DNA of 63,302 nt, the filler included, from Intoshia linei (lineage: Eukaryota > Animalia > Orthonectida), in assembly GCA_001642005.1 (NCBI GenBank). It is 6 parts of 6 records of this genome, joined end to end, with 100 filler letters (N's around TTAATTAATTAA, not from the genome) between each part and the next. Parts side by side here need not be neighbours in the genome. Positions count along the whole stretch, not along the records: positions 1 to 20,621 come from LWCA01000686.1; 5 more parts are not named here. The stretch is one strand, 5' to 3'. A program made the translations under genes and the position numbers. Shown here one piece after another: positions 1-12,365 of the stretch (position 1 is its first letter; every line of letters starts with the position of its first letter). Under the pieces are notes generated by a model that was given only the letters and a program-made list of their open reading frames with translations, had not been told where the DNA came from and searched no databases.

Positions 1-232
1 TTGGAAACCAAGGCATGTCTATGTATGGTACAATGAGTACCAATCACATTTGGATATTTTTCTTTCACAAGAGTTTGAAATCCCGATCGACATCCTACCA
101 TTGAGGGTGTTCCATCTGTACAAATACCACACAAATATTCCCATAAAAATGAATATGCTTCAAAGAAATCCGAAACCTTCTTAAAAACTTCTTTTACTGT
201 AGTTCTAGATTCTAAATTTTCACAAAAAATTC
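1..232 (-). mobile_element. hAT (Buster/Charlie, SCAND3-like) transposase fragment, running off the window edge
   Basis: Minus-strand translation FCENLESRTTVKEVFKKVSDFF...WEYLCGICTDGTPSMVGCRSGFQTLVKEKYPNVIGTHCTIHRHALVS carries the CTDGxxxMxG and HCxxHRxAL motifs. Confidence 0.85.
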
Positions 233-234
233 GT

Positions 235-540
235 GCCAATTTTTTAACTTTAGAAATAAATACTCTTGGTGGAGAAATGTACATTAAATTTGATAATTGA
301 TTCATTGCTTCACTGATAGAAAGGTCTGCTATACCATTATTTTGTTTAACCAATTTCAATAAATCATGGACATTGTCAGGAATTTTATCTTCCTCCAGAA
401 TAAGTTTCCTATGATTAGTATGTAAACTAAAAATAATTAACATCACCTTTTATTTTTGAGATCCGTCCTTGGAATTCGACCATAACTCAATTGTTTTCAC
501 CCATGTTTCGATATCCAAGTCAATCGAAAGTATTGAAATT
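235..540 (-). pseudogene. possible retrotransposon Gag-like fragment, in frame with the downstream hAT fragment
   Basis: DLDIETWVKTIELW...K*KVMLIIFSL...SEAMNQLSNL has the look of a Gag capsid N-terminus; one internal stop; weak recognition only. Confidence 0.35.
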
Positions 541-1194
541 TTAAATTTTATTTTTGTTTATTAGGAATGAAAATTTTTATAAAAATATATTGTAATGTCT
601 GAAAAATTATGTTATAAAATCCTTTATTTTACAGAAAATATATTTTTAAGATATTGAGTAATCTGAATCGATAATTTAAATAGAGAATAAGCATAATGAT
701 ACCATTATAACGTTACACTGGTGTCAGTAAAGTCCTCAGAATCATTAAAGTCTATGTTCTAAATTGAGGTTAAATTAGGATTTCAAACACAGCATAGCTC
801 GTATAATAGAGAAATTGAATGGTATGACATAAATTTTCAATAACGAAAAAATGACGTTATTTTGATTATTATATGTGAAATTAATTCGATTTGTATTTTT
901 AATTGTTTAAATTTATAACAACAAATTATTTAAAAAATCAATTTATTTTTTATAATTCAAAATTTTATTTAAACTTGCGGACCCCCGGGGGTCCGCAGAT
1001 CCAAGTTTGAGAATCACTACTCTAAGCTGTCGCGAACTGTAAATTTGTAAATTTCAATCTAGATTCGTATTATTTAATTAATTATATTTCTTTTTGTTTC
1101 TAAAATTTTTTATCAAAATTAATTAAAACCGGGAAATTAAAAATTAAATTTCCCGGTTCTCGACTTTTGTTATTTCCCGGGAAATCACAATCAC

Positions 1195-1650
1195 TATGAA
1201 ATATCCGTTGATTCATTGACAATAAGGGAGAATGGTTGATTTTTTAATGTGACAATTTATAAAAAAAAAATTTTTTTTGAGAAAACAAAAGCAATCACAT
1301 TTTTTATCAATTGCAAATACTTTGTAGGTCCTAATCTTACAGGTTTATTTGATATTTTAAATTCATTAAGTATTTTTGTAAGATGTTCGATTAAAAGGAT
1401 TGAGGTGTGACAAGCGGAATAAATAGCCATACATATTTCAATTTTTAAAGTTTTTACAATACTGGATGTTTGATTGGTATCTAAAACAGGTAACACATTT
1501 ACTGCATTAGAATGTAAGCCTGTCAAAACATGTCGTTTTAGTGTTCCCTTGTGTATAGGGTATAGATTTTTACAACGAAAACAAATAATTTTATCATTCC
1601 GTTTTCCAGGTCATTTTGATCCAGCCACATAGAAAAATTTAACTTTCTGC
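1195..1650 (-). mobile_element. degenerate hAT transposase N-terminal fragment
   Basis: BED-like CFRC...LKRH...H zinc finger, ACHTSI...LIKNVIA, then after a frameshift QPFSLIVNESTDIS (DESTD motif with D>N). Confidence 0.75.
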
Positions 1651-1934
1651 TCATATTCATTATATAAATTTAAAAAAGATCAAATTTTGTACATTTAAAC
1701 TTAAGATATATTTTGAATAATAAATAGTACAAATTGTTACATTTTATTCTGGTCGCTTTAGTTTAGCACATTTTACACAAAATAAACTTTTTAAATTTCT
1801 GTGAAATCATGTAATTTTTTATCATTGCACATTACACACTTTCTAGCAACTCTGGTGTCACTCGTCTACAATGGAAGTTGTTATAGTAGAAAATTGATGT
1901 TAACTAATGATGCGACGATATCAAATAATCGGAA

Positions 1935-2130
1935 TTGGAAATCGTTATTATCAAAATGCGTTGTCAATGCTATTTTCCATCTGTCCGAACGATGCAATGG
2001 TATTTGTCAATCACCATTAGTAAGGTCTAAGGTTGAGAATATTTTTCTACTTTCTAAAAAATTCAAACATATATGCAAATTTGGAGCAGGATACCTGGCT
2101 GGAATAGTCACCCAATTTAATTGTAAATAA
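1935..2130 (-). mobile_element. Ty3/Gypsy reverse transcriptase fragment
   Basis: LNWVTIPARYPAPNL..CLNFLESRKIFSTLDLTNGD*QIPL...DRWKIALTT matches the Gypsy RT YPLP / FSxLDL / QIP / KTAF region; internal stop. Confidence 0.8.
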
Positions 2131-2219
2131 GTGTAAATAATTTGAAAAATAAATATTTGACAAATGTAGGAAAATAAATATTTACGTATGAATTTCAATA
2201 ACCTACATTAAATATAAAA

Positions 2220-3971
2220 ATGTCAGATATATCTGAAAATTCAGAATATACCATTGAACTAATAATAAAATTTATAAACACTCCAATAATAGACAATTAC
2301 GGTGAGTACAAAATCTTTTTCTCATTTTATCAACTGAACTTTGAAAAAGTCAAATGGGAATACATTATGTCTTCCGAATTGACGCCCCAAGCTTCTCAGA
2401 TAAATTTCAATAAAAGGATTGATTACAAATATATTTTTAATAAAATACAAGAATGTCAAATAATAATGCATTATGGTGATTATACCAAGAATGTTAAAAT
2501 CGGAAAATACGCATTTAAAATGGGCGATGTAATATACGAGCGTGATGATGTACCAAAAGCATTAAATCTCTTGGAAAATGATTTGATTAGTGAACTAAAC
2601 GTGGGTGCAATTATTATTGAGACACTCACGAAAAATGCACACACATACTTTATGAACTTGTCCGTGTATATAGATCTACCTGTCGAAATGGAAAGTCAAT
2701 TAAAAAGTAAAGTAAAATTGTCCTTTTCAAGAAAAAACTCTAGGGACGAGTATGAAAGAATAAATACTTTCGAATCTCTTTCCTCTAAAAAAAGATGGAA
2801 TATCAAATTAAACTCTGATATTCTTTGTAACAATAATATGGATGAAACACTACAAGTTGAAATTATTTACCAAACTCATAATCCAACAATATATACCAGT
2901 TTTATGAAATTGGGCTACTTTATTAACGCATGGACGAAAAAAACAAGAAATAGCGTTAGTAGTATAATTGGCGAGGAAGATTTACAAAGTGACTCTTATG
3001 GGGTAGGTGATAGTGGGAATAACGACGAAAGAAATAAGAAGAAGTTTTCTTTTAATTTGTCCAAAAAAATAAAATTAAAAAAACAGTTCAGTAAATTGAA
3101 ACACATCGGATATAAAAGCATGGAGAATGCAGACATGCAGTTCAGTCTTTATAATAAAAGTTCCGTTAAAGTCAACGGTATAGCTTTAAAAGTTGGCATT
3201 GTAAATCTTGTAAAGACAAATTGCTTTTTAGACGTTCTTTCAGATCTGGATTTAATTTTATTCGATTGTATAGATTTCACTTCGTCCACGAAATTGGTTC
3301 ACAATATTGATGTTTCAAATAACCAAATTCTAGCAGCCATTACTGAAACGACAAATATATTGATGCAATATAACTATGACAAGTACGTTGAATGTTATGG
3401 ATTTGGTGCCAAAGTGAGGGGCTGTAACAATGTCTCAAACTGCTTTCCAATAAACCCGAGCGACCCTCTTTGTGAAGGTATTAAAGGCCTCACAGATTCT
3501 TATTTGAAATGTCTTACTTCCATTCAACTCAAAGATACACACTCTATATGCCCAGTAGTCAATAAAACCGTAGCATGTGCTATACTTTATCACAAAAAAA
3601 ACATTTTAAATGCGGCAAGTAAAACTTACCAAAACTCTTGTCTGACCTATACCGTTCTACTCATATTTTTACATCATGATTTTGCTAATATTAAAGATTT
3701 TGTTAGTTTAATTGTTGACATTTCTCATTTACCCATTTCTATTATTATTATGGGCGTCGGAGACGGTCCATTCATTATTATGAACATGTTTGCCTTGAAA
3801 AAATCTAGACTTTCTTTTAAAGGACAGTCAGCTGTCAGAGATATGGTTCAATTTGTAACGTATCCTATTGAAACTGATAATTTAACCTTTCAAAAAGCCG
3901 TAGCCAATGTACCTCGTCAAATTATATCTTATATAAACATACATGGCATTAAACACAACAAATACGTGTAA
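2220..3971 (+). CDS. copine-like protein (degenerate C2-like N-terminus plus vWA domain), intronless
   Basis: 583-aa ORF with copine vWA motifs IDFTSS, YGFGAK, SNCFPIN, CEGIKG, LPISIIIMGVG, RDMVQFV. Confidence 0.85.
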   Translation: MSDISENSEYTIELIIKFINTPIIDNYGEYKIFFSFYQLNFEKVKWEYIMSSELTPQASQINFNKRIDYKYIFNKIQECQIIMHYGDYTKNVKIGKYAFKMGDVIYERDDVPKALNLLENDLISELNVGAIIIETLTKNAHTYFMNLSVYIDLPVEMESQLKSKVKLSFSRKNSRDEYERINTFESLSSKKRWNIKLNSDILCNNNMDETLQVEIIYQTHNPTIYTSFMKLGYFINAWTKKTRNSVSSIIGEEDLQSDSYGVGDSGNNDERNKKKFSFNLSKKIKLKKQFSKLKHIGYKSMENADMQFSLYNKSSVKVNGIALKVGIVNLVKTNCFLDVLSDLDLILFDCIDFTSSTKLVHNIDVSNNQILAAITETTNILMQYNYDKYVECYGFGAKVRGCNNVSNCFPINPSDPLCEGIKGLTDSYLKCLTSIQLKDTHSICPVVNKTVACAILYHKKNILNAASKTYQNSCLTYTVLLIFLHHDFANIKDFVSLIVDISHLPISIIIMGVGDGPFIIMNMFALKKSRLSFKGQSAVRDMVQFVTYPIETDNLTFQKAVANVPRQIISYINIHGIKHNKYV

Positions 3972-4524
3972 TTTATATATTAAATTTGTTTATATTTTTA
4001 CATTTCCTTTTTTAAATATTGTAACCTTCTTTTCGTATAATATTTGTCATTAATGTATTCATTTTTGTTTTTAAAATTTTGTTGTAATTTTGTACGTTTT
4101 CTAGTATTTTTGTCATTACATCACAACTCTAATTTTTACATATATTTAAAATAAAAATATACAATTAAACAAACTAAAATTTTTCATTTTTCTAGGTTAG
4201 AAAAATAAGCTACAATCGGGGTCCAAAAAGTAAAAAATATACCTTTATTTGACTTGCGTTTTTTGGTGTTCTAAATATATAAATTTTATATTAATCTACA
4301 ATGTAGTCCAGCGTATCCCAACCTTTCCACTCCAGCTAACCGATCAAAACATAATATATTGTAATGAATCTGTAAGATGTGGTAACGTATATTAAAGGTT
4401 AACACAATGGAATTCAACGGTGGTAAAAGCTGAGTTATTTTTTAATTATAAAACCATTAGTAATGTCCATTACTTACTTATATTTTTTATTTTATAAAAT
4501 GTTAATAAAAAAAATGAATAAAAA

Positions 4525-5321
4525 AGCGTAGCAATGAAAAAAATTCTGAAGGAATGAATTATATAGATTTTCACCCATATGTTTTTATTGGAAATGTGTA
4601 GACGTACAATCCACATTTTTTTTGAAATTGTAGAATCAATATTTACATTTTCAATTTTTGATTTTAATCGAAATATTTGAAAAATATTGGTTGATAATAT
4701 ATTAAAAATTATTTTTCACCGGCAATCCCTAGATTTCTGGGGTTATAATTTTGTATTTATATCAACTGGAATAAGCTCTATCAGAATAATCCTTTTTTAA
4801 ATTTTCAGACAGTTAATTATTTCATATTTTTTGTTTTAATAAAATATTTCGGAAAAAAATATATGAATACTAAAGTGTTTTGTTGACCGTGAAGACGTCA
4901 TTTATTCAGATTGAATTTTTTTTGTGTATTAACAGGACACAACTGTACCACCTGTAAATTTTTTTAAATTCTAGGGTTGTTTTCATTAAAAAAAAGGGAA
5001 TTTGTGGTTTTGGCCATGAAGATATAATTGTTTTTAAATTTAAATTTATGATAATGTTTATGATTTTAAAATCCGTATCAGAGTATATATTTTTTAAATT
5101 CTCGAACTCGTTTGATTTTTCAAAAAAAGGACAATTGGGTTTTTGTCCCGTAAAATATGGGTTTGGGAGGTTGAAATTTATTTGGCGAACACCTTCGGAA
5201 AAAACTGTAATTGAAATGTGGATTTATAAAATTCTAAGACTGGTAGTTATTGAAATAAACGGTAACACACATAAACAAATATTGCATAGCATATTACTAT
5301 GTATTAGTATGTAAGTAAGGA
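4525..5321 (-). mobile_element. non-autonomous Helitron-like repeat, 5' part
   Basis: Reverse complement begins A|TCCTTACTTAC and is colinear with the copy at 44001-45080. Confidence 0.7.
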
Positions 5322-5622
5322 TTTAGTAATTTTTAGTTTTGGCCTGAATGTGCTAGTTTTTAAGGTTCAAATATTTCATAATGCTCATGATGTTAAAAAT
5401 CGTCTCAGAATCATATGGTTTGTAAATTTTCAGGACTCATTTTATTAAAAAAAATAAGGTAATTTAGGATTTTTACCCTGAAGGACTAAATTTTTGAAAA
5501 TTAAATTGGCGATAAAACTTCAAACTAAAATATTGTATTAGAAATTAGTTTTTAAAGCTCTAGGTCTTATAAATTAAATAAATAATTACAAACAGACGCA
5601 AAGACACACATTTTTAGCTAAA

Positions 5623-6499
5623 TCCTTTACATTTTGTATATTAAAATTTAATCTCTGTGTGATATACCGTTTATTTAAAAAATTAACTGGTAAAATTTAA
5701 ACAAACCCAATTTATAATACAGTTTTTCGCGAATGATGTTTATATCCAAGTTTTATTTTTCAAATTGAGACCTTCATGGTCAAAACCCTAAATTACCCAT
5801 TGTTTTAAAAATGAAAATTGTCCTAAAATTTTATAAAACATAAATTCTGGGATTGTTCTTAAAATCATAAGTATTATCATAAATCACAACCTCAAATCAG
5901 TATACTTTCATGATGAAAACCACAGATTAGCATTTTTTTGATAAATGAAAATTTCTTAAAATTAAATTAAAAAATTTTTTAGATGATACAGTTATATACA
6001 ATTAAAACATACAAAACTTCAATCTGACAAAGTGACGCCTTCACGGCAAAAAAGCCCTTTTGTATTCATTTTTTTATATCGAAACTATTTTATTAAAACA
6101 AAAAATTTTAAATAATTAACGGTCCTACAATTAAAAAAAAGAAGATTATTCTTATACAGCTTATTTCAGTTGATAAATATATACAAAATTTCAACCTCAG
6201 AAATCTAGGCTTTCACGGTCAAAAATAACTTTTAAAAATGAAAATGTAAATATTCATCTTAAAATTTCAAAAAAATGTGGATTGAACGTCTACACATTCC
6301 TCACAAAGAAATATAGATGTACATCTTATTTATCCTCTATGAAAAAAGTTTAAGAACCACTCCTTTAAAGGATTGATAATAGTGAATAGTATCATTTTTA
6401 AGTGCCATTTTATGGAATTTATTTTTTTAGTAGAATTAAAAATGTTCACCCTAGGTAGAGCTAGTTGCTGTTGGTACGAAGAACATAACAGCAAGCTAG
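5623..6499 (+). mobile_element. complete non-autonomous Helitron
   Basis: Starts A|TC, ends CTAG|T, subterminal hairpin ctgttggtac-gaa-gaacataacag, no TSD; body shared with many other copies. Confidence 0.75.
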
Positions 6500-7077
6500 T
6501 TTTTATATATAAGTAAGAATTAATTAATTATGGTCATATGCAGATTTTCCTAGAAATTCGCATTAAAAGTACAATTATAATTGTAATTTGAAGTTAATTA
6601 AATTGTAATAAAACAAAAGCCTCATTAGAACTACTGTTTATGCAAAGTTCATAAAAGACCAGCAAGTTTTTAGTTTTAAAGGAAATATAATCTATATTCA
6701 AATTAGTAGTTTTCAGGCCCAATGAAAAAATTACCGGTTGGACGTAAAGTATACGATTTTATCAATTATAGAATTTACTGTAAATAGGACTATATTCTGG
6801 ACTAACTGATATATAATTTATAATTATTATTTTTGAAGATTACGGTCTAGTTTCCACGTAATGAATCAAATCTATCGGATAATAATAAAAGGCATTTATC
6901 CGTTCTTTAAGTGAAATCTAATTTTAATTAAGAAACAGTTATAAACCATTTAAAAGATACTCCAGTTATAATCCATAGTCACTGATGCACAGATTATGGA
7001 CCAATTGACAATGTTATGATTGTCAGTAAAATTTTGACAAAGTCAACTTAAATTGATGATATATATGTATATTTAAA

Positions 7078-10000
7078 TTATACCGTTACATCATTTATTT
7101 TTTGTAATTTGAAATCTTGTCCATATCGCTTGATAAGTTTTTCATTAAAGATGATGGTGTAATTTGAATTATCATTTTTTTTTAATTTTCCGTCATTCAA
7201 CTTGACAAATGATTCATTTTTAGGTAAATAATGAATATTATCTTTAATAAAAAAATATTGATTTGTTGCAATCAAAAAATATCGCCATTGATTGTATGAA
7301 ATTGAGCATTTTTGATTCAAATGCATTGTAAATTCTATACTAATGTTGCAAAAATAGTTGAATCTTGCCAGGTTGACAATTTCCACCAGATTTTCAATGT
7401 TTGATGACACGATACTAATAGTCTAGGAATAAAAATGACATTGTACAATAGTATTAATAGTATTACATCTACAGAATTTGTTCGATTTATTAAAAATGAT
7501 ATTATATTCAATACATGTTTAATCGGTGTGTAGTTGCATACAATTTTTTTTAGTACAGGTAAACAGGTTTTGATGGGCAGTTTATTTATTAAAGTCAACG
7601 GTACGATTCCGTAAATAGATAGAGTGGTTGTGTTTATCACTTCTGCTACATAAGACGTACCGATGATTCTACTAGACTTGTTTTCATTATTAATATACGA
7701 TACAAACTTTTTCTTGTGCAAATTCAATACATTAATATTTTTGAATCCCATGCGGCCATTTAGACCGTGTTTATCCATATTAGATTTCAATTTGTCGATT
7801 ACACGTATTTTTTTCTAGAGGTTAATACTTTTTAATTTAAAATTGTTTTTACCTCGATGTACGATTTTTTCTGAATGATTTGTTCGTCAATGAAACAATT
7901 TCTCTTAAATATTTTGATGCATAATCTGCGCTCATCTTCCTATAACACGTTTTATTAATTTCAATCTGAGAGAAGGGAGCAGAGACCATTGCACTCCGTC
8001 GTAAGACTTCGTCAACAAAGTTTTACAATTTTTAATGTAACGCCGGACCAATGCCGAACCCACTGTACCCCGTGACCCTCTTCAAGCCCCTCATTTTTGA
8101 ATTAAACATGAATTGAATTGAGCATTAAAAAAATTATATTATTGAATATCATAACTATTTTGTGTGTTAAATTTAAAATATCAAGTCAAGACATAAAAGA
8201 GGTCGTTAGGGCTATATGACACTATGCATTGTTTGTGAAAAATTTTTAGGGGCTTAGGGATAAAACTTTTAGGGAATTTTTGGATGATCTCGATCTAGGT
8301 AGACTCGGCTCTGTGTTGCACGACCCCACCAATCCAGATTCTTACGACCTTAATTGGTTGGATTTTTCAAAAAAAATATTGGTTAAAGGGGATTGGTAGG
8401 GATTCCTTAAGGACTGGTAAAATTAATTTTTTCCTTTTGGTGTACGATAGAGGGATTTTGGATCTAAAAGGTTGATAAAATTGGATTTTTCAATAAATAT
8501 TGGTAAAAAAGGATTGGTAGGGATTCTTAAGGGTTGTAAAATTTTGATTTTTTCTTATAAGATTTTACTAAATTGAATGATTGAATAAAATATGCTAAAA
8601 ATTTATTATTCATCCCAATCATCTAAAATTTTTGTATTCACCCCTCATAAAATTATTGACCCTTGGGTGACTGGTCACCCATGAAAATCACTGGTGTAGT
8701 GTATAAATTTCGTAATTTGTACCGTTATTATTTTTTTGTCGAGAACTTTGATTCTCTTGAAAATGTTGACAACAGTAGAACGATAGTTTTTAGTATTAAT
8801 GATTTTGTTCCCACTCAAAGAAAGCGTTTCCAATCTATGACATTTATGGAGACCTTGGATTTGCTCCATTCTAAATTGTGTCATTGAAAATGTAATTTGA
8901 TTTTACAATCAGAGACGTTTTAAAGCATGGGCAATATGGGCTGTAGCCCAGGGCCCCTCATTAAAAAAGGCTCCTCAAATTAATAAAAGTACTTACATTT
9001 ATATCTTAAAAAAAGGCCTCCAAATTAATAAAAGTACTTTATATTTATATCTTAAAAAGAGGCCCCCAAATTAATAAAAGTACTTACATTTATATCTTAA
9101 AAAAAAGCCTCCAAATTAATAAAAGTACTTTACATTTATATCTTAAGAATCAGTTTATAAGTTTTGAAGTTTATTGAAGTTTGAACTTTTTCTAAACTAA
9201 AAATAATTAAGAATGAACTTCGAAATTGCTTAGCTCAATCTCGTTTGAATGCTCTCTCCTTAATGTCAATTGAGAATGATATCAGTTTTTATATCATATC
9301 TGATTTCTCTCAGAAAAAAGTGAGAAAACAACATTTGTGAAGAATTGTCAAGAATTTTTTGTGACTGCATGGTGCATATTTTCAAATGAAAAAGTAAACT
9401 TTGTTCATTAATTAATGTAAGTAGGTTTTTGTAAAATAAATAAAAGTTACTAGAAACCTACATAATATTTTTTAATGCTCTTATTAATACTCAATAAAAT
9501 AAAACTCTAAGTCTCCAACCAACAGTATGCCCTGTCTTCTAAACAGGGGACCTAATTTTTTTTATCGCTTCGCTCAAAATTTTAAAGGGCCCGGCCTTTT
9601 GCTTAGCCCAGGGCCCCGAAGTGGCTTAAGACGGCTCTATTTACAATTAAAAATTAAAATTACAAGTGAAAATTGTTCATCGATAAATAGACTAGTTTAA
9701 GTTTTGATGGAACAGTATTTTCATTCTAAAAATTATAAAACATAAATATTAAAATTTACAATTTTAGTAATATAATTGTGATTAAGATTCAGTTGCGTTA
9801 AATTATCCAATTTTTTCAAAGAATCTCCCAATGAATTTGTAGTCAATCTATTATTAGCCAAATTTAGAATATTCAAATTTGTTAATGTGTCCATTTTATC
9901 AATTTTTGATATCTATTATTAACTATAATATATAATCACTTTGTTCATTATTACTTCATTATTGTGGACATCAAGTATCTGCAGATATTTTAAAGATTGG

Positions 10001-10500
10001 AGTTGTTTTAAATGTTTAATTCTACATTAAACATTAATTACGATGGACATTAAAAAATGTTCAAATAAGTGGAAATTTTACTTGTTGTTTGATAAAATCA
10101 AAACTCGCAAATTGACAATGTTGGAAAAAACTTGAACATTGTCAATATTATTGGTACACAAATCCATTATTATTAAATTATTATAATTTGACATCTCTCT
10201 AATTCCACTAATTTTGTTACATTGTGCCGATATAAATTTTATTTTGTTGTCCGCTGGGAATATTGGTAATTTTAATAATCCTAATCTATCAAAATTCAGA
10301 CTTTCTCCATTTTCTTTGTTTGTAGTTTTGTCGTTACATGTTAGAGGGCGAATGTATCCGGAATTGATAATTTCAATTTTATTTGCTTCTATTTGTTTAT
10401 TTATGAATATTTATGACCCATATTTATAATTATTATAATTTACGTAAGTTTTCATGTATCAATTCCTTATATACCCTATTTGCATATTTACGTTTTTCAA
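7078..10500 (-). CDS. LRRC49: LRRC49-like leucine-rich-repeat protein (multi-exon; start uncertain)
   Basis: Exons at about 10081-10387, 9955-10021, 9779-9912, 9664-9726, 8722-8870, 7852-7940, 7470-7815 and 7078-7425. They give SDS22-type LRRs (LRVLILSNNK, LQILDVHNNEISKI, LTQLNLNHNYI), an LRR cap running into KVLDKKIIT-EDERR, and C-terminal TLSIYG, QWRYFL and LQKIND, in LRRC49 order. Confidence 0.75.
8910..9639 (+). mobile_element. hAT deletion derivative in an LRRC49 intron
   Basis: TIRs cagagacgttttaaagc / gcttaagacggctcta; perfect 8-bp TSD TTTACAAT (8902-8909, 9640-9647); remnant of the hAT dimerisation domain RTFSKLKIIKNELRNCLAQSRLNALSLMSIE at ~9185-9280. Confidence 0.9.
8962..9145. repeat. 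tandem repeat, about 4 x 43-44 bp, inside the hAT element
   Basis: Unit aaaaaggcctccaaattaataaaagtacttacatttatatctt. Confidence 0.9.
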
Positions 10501-12365
10501 TTTTCTAGAGTATAATATAAAAATGTTACAATTTTTAAAATACAGCGACGCTCTAAAAGTCATAACAGTATGAAATTAACGACTTTCAAGTCGCAACCTT
10601 ATCAGATTAAGTCAATTTTTCTGGTGAACTTTAGAATATTAAACTTGAGCGACATAAGCATTGATTTTGCTAATTAATCATATTGTTAATCTTGTCAGCA
10701 AATTTCAATGATTTCAAGATAATTAATATTTTAAGATTAAGATTATTTTACGATAAAATCCAAATTCAAAAATGAACTTCTTCAAGTGAAAAAATTAAAA
10801 TTACTATTTTTTTAAAAATAAAAATCTTAGAATTTAAATGCTGGAACAAATTTTAAAATCATCCGCATTGTCATAAATTACAACCTCAAAAATCTGCATC
10901 ATCATTGTCAAAAACGTAAATTAACCATTATTTTGTAAAATGAAAAAAACTTAGTTTACAATAATCAATTTAGTTGTAATACAATATAGTAGTTCTACAA
11001 TTTTAAAAAACATGAAATTTAATACTTTTTCCAGTAACATACAATGTCAAAAATTTCACGATCAAAAAAAAAAGTTTACAATTTATTTACTTTTTTTAAA
11101 TTATTTCATTAATTGAAAATAAAAGTATGTAATAATAATTAATATAATAATTAGTGGTCCTAGAATTAAAAAAAAATTATTCAGATTCAGCTTATTCCAG
11201 TTGATCTGAACACAAATTTTAACTAATATGGGTGTAGTGATGTCGTAGACCAAGGTCTTTGTTTAAAGTTTAATATTAATTACGGGTTACAATAAAATTG
11301 ATATTCTCTTGATTCATTACTAAGGTTATTATATGTTTTAGTAAGTTTATTGTTATGATTTAATCATTACTATGGGTTTCAATGTGATAAATTGATTTCT
11401 TCGGTTTTATTATCATTGCTGCGCAAAATTTTTATTTTCAAAAAATTTATAATCAAATCAAGTATAACTTTGTTATCTTTAATTAATAATTTGATATTAT
11501 ATTTTGTTATTTATTAAAATTTTGGTAACATTCCTTCTTTGCAAAATTCTTTTACATGTCTTCAACTTACAAATTTGAGAATCCGTTAATTATTGATACA
11601 AAATATTTTTTACTTATCGAAAGCGGATACTGAATGTTTTATTGTGATAATGGAAGAAAGAAATATACAGATCCGAACCTATCTAGCTCTAATCCATACC
11701 ATTCATCCATCCGAAAATTAAAAATAGGCCCCTTAATTTTTTTCATATACTATGGATAGTGGCCACGATATTAAAAAATTTTGTCTAGGCCCCTAGAAGA
11801 GGGTAGAGAAGTTGCTTAGACACTGGAGGATGTACTAAAGGTATTTAGAATTTATTTTTTTAGCGTTGTAACTATACTTGTACTATTTTGCTTTATTTCT
11901 AAGATTATACACTCATTGTCGGTCCAAATTTAAAATTCTGCCCTATACAGAGCTAACTGCTGTTTGTACAAATTATATAACATTGAAGGTAGTATACTAT
12001 ATAAATTAAAACAAACTGAAACAAGAGCACTAATATGCTTCTGACATAAATCGTTTGTATATGAATTTTTGCGAACTTTATGAGAAAAAGAATAATTTGT
12101 GGGTAAAACAATCTACACATAATTGTAAACATACAAAATTCAAATAACCTCCTTAATGGAAACATTTTTTTTTTTGCCCGTAGAATAATCGGTAAAGACT
12201 CTATAATTAGTTTTTTTCAAATTTTCAGGTTGCATTATAAAAATATATTATGTAATGGTTACGGCATAAATACAAAAAATGTACAATTTTTAAAACAATC
12301 AAACAAATTATGTAAAAAACGATTTAAAATATTTGAGATTATAATTTAATTGAGATTAAAAACAG

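Noticed and set aside
714-735. TGGTGTCAG after ..ACAC, resembling a tRNA-Leu primer-binding site
   Set aside because: Only 9 nt, on the opposite strand to the nearby Gag/RT relics, and no LTR pair found
7078-7790. Two overlapping ORFs suggesting programmed frameshifting
   Set aside because: Explained by a ~44-nt GT-AG intron (about 7469-7426) in the LRRC49-like gene
8962-9145. Regular ~44-bp repeats resembling a CRISPR array
   Set aside because: Head-to-tail units with no unique spacers, inside a hAT element in a eukaryotic intron; no cas genes
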